Shown: piece after piece, positions 30,052-38,556 of the stretch | How positions within the stretch are numbered: the stretch's first letter is position 1 | How the letters are laid out: the number at the start of each line of letters is the position of its first letter | Source: Treponemataceae bacterium | GTDB lineage: Bacteria > Actinomycetota > Coriobacteriia > Coriobacteriales > Coriobacteriaceae | Length of the DNA: 64,000 nt | Reading direction: 5' to 3' | Assembly: GCA_963602825.1 (NCBI GenBank) | Contig: CAVCKO010000013.1 | Coordinates: 64 to 64,063, forward strand | Made by a program: the position numbers and the translations under genes | Notes under the pieces: model-generated | Seen by the model: the letters and a program-made list of their open reading frames with translations, nothing else | Database searches by the model: none | Told to the model about the DNA's origin: nothing

Positions 30052-30786
30052 GTGATGATCGAAGTCTCCCATATCTCTAAAAGCTTTAGGTCGTATCGGG
30101 CCCTGGACGATATTTCGTTTACCGTCGAGAACGGATCGGTGTATGGCCTGGTGGGCTACAACGGTGCCGGCAAGACGACGCTGCTCAAGATTATCGCTGG
30201 GGTCTATCGTGCCGATAGCGGTACGGTGACGATCGACGGCGTTGCGGCCGGGCAGAACCGTACGTCCGATCAGGCCCTGTTCATCGTGGCCGACGAGCCG
30301 TATTTTCTGCCGCAGGCGACACCGCTCACCATGCGTTCGTTTTATAAGGGCTATTATCCGGCTTGGTCGGATGAGGTTTTTGAACGCCTGCTCGACATCT
30401 TTCGGCTCGATGCGCGCGCGAAGGTCGCCGGCTTTTCGAAAGGCATGCAGCGTCAGCTGGGCATTTTGCTCGGCTTTGCGACGGGTGCCCAGTCGCTGTT
30501 GCTCGACGAGAGCTTTGATGGCTTAGACCTTGCCAAGCGAAACCTGCTTAAGCGCCTGCTGAAGCAATATGCGGCGGAAAAGGGCGCCAGCGTAATCCTG
30601 TCCTCGCATAACCTGCGCGAGCTCGAGGACGCGGCGGACCATCTGGGCATGATCAAGGAGAACCGCCTGACATTTAACGGTAGTGTGGCCGAGGTCCATG
30701 CTCAGTATCCCGACGCCTCGCTGGAGGAGATCTTCCTTTCCGAGGGAACGGGCGGCGATATCGACACGACCGGGCTGTTTGCATAG
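30052..30786 (+). CDS. ABC transporter ATP-binding protein (ABC-2/exporter type)
   Basis: GYNGAGKTT, FSKGMQRQ, LLDESFDGLD, SSH. Confidence 0.93.
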   Translation: MMIEVSHISKSFRSYRALDDISFTVENGSVYGLVGYNGAGKTTLLKIIAGVYRADSGTVTIDGVAAGQNRTSDQALFIVADEPYFLPQATPLTMRSFYKGYYPAWSDEVFERLLDIFRLDARAKVAGFSKGMQRQLGILLGFATGAQSLLLDESFDGLDLAKRNLLKRLLKQYAAEKGASVILSSHNLRELEDAADHLGMIKENRLTFNGSVAEVHAQYPDASLEEIFLSEGTGGDIDTTGLFA

Positions 30787-30811
30787 GGATATTCACGGGG
30801 AAGGTGGCGCG

Positions 30812-32152
30812 ATGACGCGCAAGAACATATGGAAGTCGATGGCCGCGATGGCACTGTGCCTCGCGCTGGCGAGTGCTGCGGGCCTTGTTGTCGCGACGCC
30901 GGCATTTGCCTATTTCAACCGCGGTGCGGTCAAGGTCGAGGCGGCGTCGACGTCGATGGAGCTCCAGGCCGGAAAGAAGGGGAGCCTCACCATTAAGGTG
31001 ACGCCGTCTTCGGATAAGCAGACCGAGGGCTGCGGTATGCCCAAATGCCCGCAGGGATGCTCGGACAGCTGCTTTGACAAGAACGGGCAGTGTACGTGCG
31101 CCGGTAAGAAATACAAGACCTATCACGCGCAGGTGACGGCGACGTCGAGCAATCCTGGGGTTGCTGTCGCTACGGCCGATGCCAAGGGCGTGACAGTCTA
31201 CGCCAAGACGGCGGGGGAGACGACCATCACCCTTAAGGCGTCGCTTCCCCAATATACGGATGCCACCTGCGAGATTAAGGTGCACGTGAGCGGGACCGCG
31301 TCCGAGGCGGGCGGTTCGTCAGATGCGTATACCGAGATACCCGCGGCAGCGGAGGTGTCGAGTGAGCCCGTCGAGGACGAGCTCGATATCAATAAGGCGA
31401 CGATTATGGGGCGCGCGGTTTGGCAGGTGCGTATTAATGGGGCCACCGACCCCACGGCGCGCATGCGCGAGATGGCGGGCACCGATGGCGACCTGACCTT
31501 TTGGGCGGGAGACACCTACTTTCACCCCGACTATTCGCTGACGTTTGGCGGTAAGCATTTTAGTGCCGATGAGGTGACCGAGACCAACCCCACCATTACC
31601 GTCGAGCGTACCGCGACAGGCGAGCTGACGCAGCCACTTGCCGGGCTTGACAAGTTCTTGGTGCTGCGCTTTGCCCAGCAGGGCGCGTTTTGTTCCACGG
31701 GAAAGGCCTATGTGCTCGCCGACGACTTGTTTGGCGATAACGACGAGCTGGGGCTCTTTACCTATGATGCCGATACGCAGACGTTCTCGCGCGTCGATGA
31801 CTCCGATATCGCGATGGTTGGCGGCTACGTGGCGTTTTCGGTGAGCGAGGGCGGGACCTACGTGGTGTCGACGCGTGACCTGCAAAACGATGCGTCCCAG
31901 GCGGTGAAGCACTCGGACAGTGCCAAGAAGGATATGGCCGAGGGCTGCTCCGACATGATGGATATGGGAAGCATGGATATGTCTGATGCCGACGACGCGG
32001 ATGCGACCGATAGCGGCATGCCGCTTGTCGTTCCCGCCGCCGTTGCCGTGATTGCTGTTGCAAGCGTTGCCGTGGCGCTCGTGCTGCGTCGCCGCAAGGG
32101 CGCTGACGGTACGGGCGCATCGGGCGCAGATAGCCCCAAGCGAAAGGAATAG
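30812..32152 (+). CDS. Exported, C-terminally anchored protein with six-Cys Ig-like domain (paralog B)
   Basis: PAFA-YFN signal, CGMPKCPQGCSDSCFDKNGQCTC, SSNPGVA, WAG...PDYS shared with paralog A, Met-rich patch, TM plus RRRK. Confidence 0.85.
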   Translation: MTRKNIWKSMAAMALCLALASAAGLVVATPAFAYFNRGAVKVEAASTSMELQAGKKGSLTIKVTPSSDKQTEGCGMPKCPQGCSDSCFDKNGQCTCAGKKYKTYHAQVTATSSNPGVAVATADAKGVTVYAKTAGETTITLKASLPQYTDATCEIKVHVSGTASEAGGSSDAYTEIPAAAEVSSEPVEDELDINKATIMGRAVWQVRINGATDPTARMREMAGTDGDLTFWAGDTYFHPDYSLTFGGKHFSADEVTETNPTITVERTATGELTQPLAGLDKFLVLRFAQQGAFCSTGKAYVLADDLFGDNDELGLFTYDADTQTFSRVDDSDIAMVGGYVAFSVSEGGTYVVSTRDLQNDASQAVKHSDSAKKDMAEGCSDMMDMGSMDMSDADDADATDSGMPLVVPAAVAVIAVASVAVALVLRRRKGADGTGASGADSPKRKE

Positions 32153-32155
32153 CCG

Positions 32156-35100
32156 GTGCCAACTCGCCTTCGACAACTGGTGAGGCGCTTCGCCGTAGTG
32201 GCGGCGTGCGCAACGGCTCTCGCTTTGGCGGGGGCCGCGGGCTTTGGTGCGCCGATGGCGTTTGCCGACGGCATGGGCAGCATGCAAAGCATGGGCGGTA
32301 AGGCGAGCTCGGGCACTGCATCGAGCGATGCGGCACCCCAGGTGTCCTCGAAAAAGAAATCAAAGGGTACCATGCACGTCGCGGTCGGCTTGGACCGTCT
32401 GGTGGGCACGAGTGCCCCGGGCAAAGATTCCAAGATGGATCGCGAGACCATGGGCCGCGTCTTTCCCGGTCTGTTGGATATCGAGACCGATCCGGTAGCG
32501 ATTAACGTGGGCAAAGAATGCTCCATGAAGGATCTTTGCGGCATCGATCCCTGTACCTGCGGAAAGCCCGATGCGTGGGGGCATTGTGCCTGCGCGGGCT
32601 TTGAGGAAGTTGCGCCGACACTCTCTATCGAGTCGAGCGACGATGGCGTGGCAAGCGCGGAGGAGTTCGCGGGGCGCTCGTGGATCGTTCCACATGGCAC
32701 CGGCACCGCGGTCATCACCGTGCGCGCTTCGCTGGTCCACTACAAGACGGTTGAGTATCGGTTTGCGCTGACGATTGAGCCGTTCGGCTTTATCGATGCG
32801 CTGCTGATTGCCGCCGCGCTTGCGCTTGTCGTGCTGGTGGTGCTGGCTGTTTGGCTGATCGGCGGTTGCCTGCTGCGCTGCCTTCGCCGCATGGCGCGAC
32901 GCTGCGGCGAGCGTCGGCGCGTGGTCGCCCAGCTTAAGCACGACCATCCCGCCCGCTGGCGCGAGCTTCTTGCCGAGCGGGATGACGGCCCATTTGGCGG
33001 CAGGCGCTTTTTTGGGCGTGGCCGCCGTCCGCACCGTCCAAGGATGACGTTGCATGAGCTTGGGTTTGCCGCGCGCGATGCCATCCTGCCGTGCCTGGCC
33101 GCCATGCTTGTGCTGGTCGTTTTGGTGCCCGTTTCGACGACCGTGGTGCCGAGCATTTCTATCTTTAATATCGATTACACCCATGAGCAGCTCAAGTACC
33201 AACTCTTTGCGCAGGGCTTGGGCCCCGCGGTATCGGCTTGCTGCGTTGTCCTTGGTGCTGCGCTCGGCTTTGCCCTCTTTGGATTTGTGCTGGTGCGTCA
33301 GGCCGTGACGGCGCACTTTTCGGTTGGAATGGCACGCGCACGGATTTTCGCCGTGCGGTTTGCCGCCGGTATCGGCGCGTGTATTTTGGCCGTCGGGGTC
33401 CCCTTTGCCGCGTCACTCGTTTTGAACATAGCCGCGCTTGGCTTGTATCCCGGCGAGCTGGGAGCGTTTGCATACGTTGTGTGCGGTTATGCGCTCACGG
33501 CCGCCGTGTCGTTTGCCATCTCGTCCGCCGCGCTACTGCTCGTCGGGTCGCGCGCCGAGGCCGTGGCATTTGCCGCCACAGGCGTGCTCGGCGTGACCGT
33601 TGTGCTTTGGGCGGCAGGCGTGCTGCTGCAGCAGTTGTTGCCCGGATGTGCCTGGGGCGTCGCGGCGTACAACCAGACAACGCCGATCGAGCCTTCGCCG
33701 CTGTCGCTTCTTGCGTCCTTCAATCCCATATTGTTCTTTGCCCAGATGGGCGCCGAAAAGCAGTTCTTTGCGGCGCTGCATCCGGTGTACTACCCGGTGC
33801 CCGGCAATATGTTGCTGCTTGTGGCCTGGGGCGCCGTTCTGGTGGCGCTGGCCCACGTGGGGGCCTGGCTTATGGAGCATCGTCGCGGCGAGCAGGCCGA
33901 AATCGCTGGCCTGACGCCGTTCGCGACCTATACGGTCTCCGCGGTTGCCGGCCTGGTAGCGTTTGCCTGTGCGCTCTCGTTGCTCGCTCACGCTGGTGCT
34001 CTTACGGCGACGGCTGTGGCGATTATTGGTTTTGCGGGCATCGCGGCAGCGGTGTTGCTCGGTCCCTTGCGCGGCAAGACGCATTCGCGCCGTGTTGCGG
34101 GCGTTGTCGCTGTTGAGTCCGCGGCGCTTATTGCCGTGTGCGCCCTGGTGGGGACCGGTTTCTTTGGCCTCACCGAGCAGCAGCCTGCGGCGGCCGATGT
34201 TTCGACGGTTGAGGTTTCGTGCGTGGGGTCGCCGGCATATATGACCGGTGAGTATCAGGGTGTGACGCACGGCGGTGCATACTATACGACCGCGTCGCGC
34301 AGCTATCGCTCGGCCTCGTCTATAAAGACTATTGAGGCCGCCGAGCGCCTGCTGCTTTCGGACGCCCATGAACAGCTGGGAGACGATTGTCTGCCGCTTG
34401 ACGTGACGATTCGCTATGCACGCAAGGACGGGCGGGTCATAACGCGCTATTACGCGAAGGTCTCGCGGGCGGCGTTCGATAAGCTCATCGAGCTTCAGGA
34501 CGATACCCATGCCCGCAAGCTCGAGGCGGCGGTTATTGCGGCCGATACCACAGGGCTCCAGCGAGATGACCGCGCGACGGTCGAGGCATCGCCACTCTTT
34601 GAGGTCTACAAGACAGGCGACGTCGCGCTTGCCGGTGCCGATCTTTCGGGCGCTCATAAGCTTTCACTTTCGGGCGCTGGCCGTGTCGAGCTCATGTCTG
34701 CACTGGCCGAGGACATGCGCGCCATGTCGGCTGACGACCGCTACGATGCCGCGGCACCAGTTCGGGCAACCCTTTTGGTCTCGACATCGATCGAACAGGA
34801 TATGGGGGCGTGCGGCTACTCGTTTAATTCCTCGGTCACCTATCTAACCGACGCGTACTCCAACGCGCTTGCATGGCTGCGGGGTCATGGCTATGTGGCT
34901 GATGATGAGGATGATGGTGCCGATGGCGTTGGCGCCGATTGGGCCTCTGTTACGCTTGAGCGCGATACGGCAAATCTAACAACACCTCTGAGCAGGTATT
35001 TTATGGGCTACCGTGCCGATGATCCCGATGAGTTTTGGTATGACGGCGTTACGGCGGCCGATCATGCGTCATCGTGCGTCGAGACCGACGATTCCGAGCT

Positions 35101-35263
35101 TATGGCACGTATCGCTCGGGCATCGCGCGCCGGCTGCCTTATGGACGGCGGCTATCTGGTGCGCGCGACGCGTGCCGATGGCGGGTACACGTATCTGTAT
35201 CTGCCCGCCGCCAACGTGACCGAGTCGCTGGAAGGGAGCATCGATGGCCTCTCAAACGAATGA
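32156..35263 (+). CDS. Fusion of a six-Cys Ig-like exodomain and a large ABC permease (paralog of 27814-30045)
   Basis: Signal peptide, CSMKDLCGIDPCTCGKPDAWGHCAC, TM, Arg-rich linker, then THEQLKYQ / PVYYP / RYFMGYR / MDGGYLV shared with the other permease. Confidence 0.82.
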   Translation: MPTRLRQLVRRFAVVAACATALALAGAAGFGAPMAFADGMGSMQSMGGKASSGTASSDAAPQVSSKKKSKGTMHVAVGLDRLVGTSAPGKDSKMDRETMGRVFPGLLDIETDPVAINVGKECSMKDLCGIDPCTCGKPDAWGHCACAGFEEVAPTLSIESSDDGVASAEEFAGRSWIVPHGTGTAVITVRASLVHYKTVEYRFALTIEPFGFIDALLIAAALALVVLVVLAVWLIGGCLLRCLRRMARRCGERRRVVAQLKHDHPARWRELLAERDDGPFGGRRFFGRGRRPHRPRMTLHELGFAARDAILPCLAAMLVLVVLVPVSTTVVPSISIFNIDYTHEQLKYQLFAQGLGPAVSACCVVLGAALGFALFGFVLVRQAVTAHFSVGMARARIFAVRFAAGIGACILAVGVPFAASLVLNIAALGLYPGELGAFAYVVCGYALTAAVSFAISSAALLLVGSRAEAVAFAATGVLGVTVVLWAAGVLLQQLLPGCAWGVAAYNQTTPIEPSPLSLLASFNPILFFAQMGAEKQFFAALHPVYYPVPGNMLLLVAWGAVLVALAHVGAWLMEHRRGEQAEIAGLTPFATYTVSAVAGLVAFACALSLLAHAGALTATAVAIIGFAGIAAAVLLGPLRGKTHSRRVAGVVAVESAALIAVCALVGTGFFGLTEQQPAAADVSTVEVSCVGSPAYMTGEYQGVTHGGAYYTTASRSYRSASSIKTIEAAERLLLSDAHEQLGDDCLPLDVTIRYARKDGRVITRYYAKVSRAAFDKLIELQDDTHARKLEAAVIAADTTGLQRDDRATVEASPLFEVYKTGDVALAGADLSGAHKLSLSGAGRVELMSALAEDMRAMSADDRYDAAAPVRATLLVSTSIEQDMGACGYSFNSSVTYLTDAYSNALAWLRGHGYVADDEDDGADGVGADWASVTLERDTANLTTPLSRYFMGYRADDPDEFWYDGVTAADHASSCVETDDSELMARIARASRAGCLMDGGYLVRATRADGGYTYLYLPAANVTESLEGSIDGLSNE

Positions 35264-36698
35264 GTCGACGCAAGTTGTCGGCCCGGTTGACGTGTCGTCG
35301 ATTTCGGTTGCCGGAACGTCACATACGGTGTCTGTCGATGGGCAGACCAAGCAGATCGAATCGGCGCGATTTGCTCCGCAGGAGCTCGACGCTGCCGTTT
35401 CCCCCGCGTCTATTGAGGTGGGGGTAAGCTGCGGCATGCCCGACATGTGCGGTATCGACCCGTGTCTGTGCGGCACGCCCGATGCGTATGGGGCATGTGC
35501 CTGCAACGGCCTTAAGACCATCGCGCCTTCGGTGACCTACGCATCGTCCCATCCCGAGGTCGCGACCGTCGAGGAGGCGTTTGGTAAGGTGTGGCTTGTT
35601 CCGCACGGCGAGGGAAAGACGACGGTGACCATGACGGCAAAGCTCAAGCACTATCAGACGGCTTCGGTCGAGATGCCGGTGCAGGTTGCCGGACCCCAGG
35701 CGGCCGACGGGTTGCTTGCCGGGGGCATTCTGGTGGTGCTGGCTGCCATAGTCGCTCTGGGGTGGGGCATTCGAAAGCTCGTGTCGCATGGCGGCCGTCG
35801 CTCTGGGCGCGGGGCGGCGACATGCCTGTTGGCCGTGCTTTTGGCGACGGTGACTGCCGGATCGCTCTCTGCGTGCGGTGGTACATCGGTGCAGGTAGCG
35901 GAAGACTCGCCGGTATTGTCTGCGGGCGAGCTTTCGGCCACCTCCGATGCTGCGGATGCCGAGGCATCCCAGGCCATCAAGATTGTTTTGAAGGCGCCGC
36001 GTAAACTTTCCGCGACGGGTGATGCTGAGGACCTGGCCTCCGATTTCTCGTTTAAGCTCAACGGAAAAGAGCTGGATTCCGATGCCATTAAACTGACGGT
36101 TGGCGTGTCGGGCCGCGATGTGACGTTTACGTTGTCGCCGGGCAGCAAGGCTGCCAACGGTCCCGGGTCGGGCGGTGCGTATTTTGCCGTGTACCAGGGG
36201 CAATTCTCGATTGACGCCGCGCGGGGCGACGGGGCGCTGCCGCATCTGACCGATGCCAAGACGGGCGATACCGCTGTGCTGCGTGACGCGGTGACCGGCA
36301 CGCTGCCCAGCGGGGCACAGATTGAGGTCCTCTCGTCAGATACCGGGTCGAGCGCCGCGGGTACGCCGGCAACGGCGACGTTTCGCGTGGCCTCGCCCGC
36401 CCGCGCTCGTGCCATCACGTGGGTTTCGCTCGATGGCGGCAAGACAAAGATCCTTAAGCACAATCATCAATTTGCTGACGACGATGCCGCATCGTATGCG
36501 CAGGATGTGGCTGCCGTGATTAACAAGGCGTCCGAGAACGGGACGGCCGATGCAACGGGCGGCTCATACACGGCACGCGCAATGGGCGATACTGTGACCG
36601 TTCGCTCAAACGAGGTCGTGGACGGGCAAACAATCGAACCGATGCTCGTCGAGGGCTTTGGCGTTACGGGTGGAACGTACACGGCGGAGGAGTCGTAA
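35244..36698 (+). CDS. Six-Cys Ig-like domain + TM + internal lipobox + HxH domain protein
   Basis: CGMPDMCGIDPCLCGTPDAYGACAC; SSHPEVA; two hydrophobic segments; LSAC-GG; KHNHQF. Confidence 0.8.
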   Translation: MASQTNESTQVVGPVDVSSISVAGTSHTVSVDGQTKQIESARFAPQELDAAVSPASIEVGVSCGMPDMCGIDPCLCGTPDAYGACACNGLKTIAPSVTYASSHPEVATVEEAFGKVWLVPHGEGKTTVTMTAKLKHYQTASVEMPVQVAGPQAADGLLAGGILVVLAAIVALGWGIRKLVSHGGRRSGRGAATCLLAVLLATVTAGSLSACGGTSVQVAEDSPVLSAGELSATSDAADAEASQAIKIVLKAPRKLSATGDAEDLASDFSFKLNGKELDSDAIKLTVGVSGRDVTFTLSPGSKAANGPGSGGAYFAVYQGQFSIDAARGDGALPHLTDAKTGDTAVLRDAVTGTLPSGAQIEVLSSDTGSSAAGTPATATFRVASPARARAITWVSLDGGKTKILKHNHQFADDDAASYAQDVAAVINKASENGTADATGGSYTARAMGDTVTVRSNEVVDGQTIEPMLVEGFGVTGGTYTAEES

Positions 36699-37747
36699 TG
36701 GGTGGCGCAACCAAGCGGCGTTCTGCGCGTGCGGATGTGGGCGGCTTTTCTCAATCGCGCGCCGTCAAGCGACTGGCGCTGTTGGTCCTCGCGGCGATTC
36801 TCGTTGCCGGCCTTGCCTTCTCGCTCACCTTGGGTCGATATCGTATGGGGCTTGGCGATTTGGTCGCCGCGCTTGGCGGGTCCAATGAGGCCGCGCTCAA
36901 CGTGTTTTTGACCATTCGCTTTCCGCGCGTTGCCTGTGCCATGTTGGTGGGCTGGTCGCTGTCTGCTGCCGGCTGTGCCTACCAGGGCATTTTTAAGAAC
37001 CCAATGGTCTCGCCCGATCTGCTGGGCGCATCGGCGGGAGCCTGCTTTGGCGCCGCGCTGGCCATTTTGCTCTCGGGCAGCGGCCCGGCTATCGAGGTCG
37101 CGGCGTTTGTCTGCGGTATCCTGGCGGTCGTGTGTTCCTACACGCTCAGTGCCGTTATCGGGCGGCGCATGCGCGGCGTGCTCGTGCTGGTGCTGTCGGG
37201 GCTCGTGGTGGGCAACGTGTTCCAGGCTGGCGTTTCGGCCGTTAAGTTTTTGGCCGACCCCAACTCTCAACTCCCCGAAATCACGTTTTGGCTTATGGGC
37301 GGTTTGGCGTCGGTGCACGAGGGCGACTTGCTCTGGCTTGCGGTGGCCTGCGCGGTGGGTACGGTCGGTCTGCTCGCGCTGCGGTGGCGGCTGAACGTCA
37401 TGTCACTCGGTGACGAGGAGGCGGCCTCGCTTGGCATCGACGTGCGGCGGACGCGGGCACTCGTCGTGCTCTTCGCGACACTGCTTACGGCAGCGTCGGT
37501 GGCGGTCTCGGGCATGGTCGGCTGGGTCGGCCTTATCGTGCCGCACCTCGCTCGTTTTGTCGTGGGGTCGGACCATCGCTATCTCATGCCCGCAAGCATG
37601 TTGTTGGGCGGGTCGTTTCTCATGTTCGTCGACGATATCTGCCGCAGCGTATATACGACCGAGATTCCGCTTTCAATTTTGACGGCACTTGTTGGCGCGC
37701 CGCTCTTTGTGTATCTGATCTGTCGCGGCAAGCAGGGGAGGCTCTGA
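36698..37747 (+). CDS. FecCD/BtuC-family (type II) ABC importer permease
   Basis: IRFPRV, QGIFKNPMVSPDLLG-SAGA, FWLMGGL, LGDEEAASLG, GWVGLIVPHLAR. Confidence 0.94.
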   Translation: MGGATKRRSARADVGGFSQSRAVKRLALLVLAAILVAGLAFSLTLGRYRMGLGDLVAALGGSNEAALNVFLTIRFPRVACAMLVGWSLSAAGCAYQGIFKNPMVSPDLLGASAGACFGAALAILLSGSGPAIEVAAFVCGILAVVCSYTLSAVIGRRMRGVLVLVLSGLVVGNVFQAGVSAVKFLADPNSQLPEITFWLMGGLASVHEGDLLWLAVACAVGTVGLLALRWRLNVMSLGDEEAASLGIDVRRTRALVVLFATLLTAASVAVSGMVGWVGLIVPHLARFVVGSDHRYLMPASMLLGGSFLMFVDDICRSVYTTEIPLSILTALVGAPLFVYLICRGKQGRL

Positions 37748-38553
37748 TGGGGCTTTTGAATGTATTGCATCTGAGCTGCGGATACGGGTCGGCCCCCGTG
37801 CTTTCCAACGTCACATTTTCTGTGGATGCCGGCAGTATTCATGTGCTGCTGGGGCCCAACGGCGTGGGCAAGACGACGCTCTTTAAGACCGTCTTGGGCT
37901 TTTTGCCGGCGCTTTCGGGCGCGATTGAAATTGATGGGCGTGAGCTGCGACAGCTGTCTCGACGTGAGCTCGCCCGTCTGGTTGCCTATGTTCCCCAAGT
38001 GCACGATTCGACCTTTGGCTATACGGTCCGCGAAATGGTCCTGATGGGGCGAACGCCCCTGATGGCGGGTGTGGCGGCAGCGCCGACGCGTGAGGACGAA
38101 CGCGCGGCGGACGAGGTGATTGAGCGGTTGCGGCTCGAGCGCCTTGCCGACCGGGATGTGACGGAGCTTTCGGGCGGCGAGCAGCAGATGGTGCTCGTGG
38201 CGCGGGCGCTTGCAGCGAATCCTCGGCTGATCGTGATGGATGAGCCGTGTGCGAACCTTGATTTTGGAAACCAAGCGCTCCTGTTGACGCGTCTGGGCGA
38301 GCTGCGCCAGCAAGGGGTTTCGGTCCTTATGACCTCGCACGACCCCAATCATGCGTTTGCACTCGATGCGGACGTGACCTGTTTGGGGCGCGATGGCCTG
38401 GTGGCGACCGGCACTGCGCGCGAGCTGCTGTCGCCCGATTTGCTGGGTGAGCTTTATGGCGTCGAGGTTGCCGTTGGACAGATTTATGGGGCTTCGTGCT
38501 CGCCCGTGTTGGCTAGCGCTCCGGTGACCGAGTGTATGGCGGGAAGGGGGTAG
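37747..38553 (+). CDS. FecE/BtuD-family ABC importer ATPase
   Basis: GPNGVGKTT, AYVPQ, LSGGEQQMVLVARALA, MDEPCANLDFGNQ, TSHDPNHA. Confidence 0.94.
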   Translation: MGLLNVLHLSCGYGSAPVLSNVTFSVDAGSIHVLLGPNGVGKTTLFKTVLGFLPALSGAIEIDGRELRQLSRRELARLVAYVPQVHDSTFGYTVREMVLMGRTPLMAGVAAAPTREDERAADEVIERLRLERLADRDVTELSGGEQQMVLVARALAANPRLIVMDEPCANLDFGNQALLLTRLGELRQQGVSVLMTSHDPNHAFALDADVTCLGRDGLVATGTARELLSPDLLGELYGVEVAVGQIYGASCSPVLASAPVTECMAGRG

Positions 38554-38556
38554 ACC

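Noticed and set aside
26595..35504. RiPP (ranthipeptide/SCIFF-like) interpretation of the six-Cys motifs
   Set aside because: The motifs are embedded in large exported Ig-like domains, and no radical SAM enzyme or peptidase is encoded nearby.
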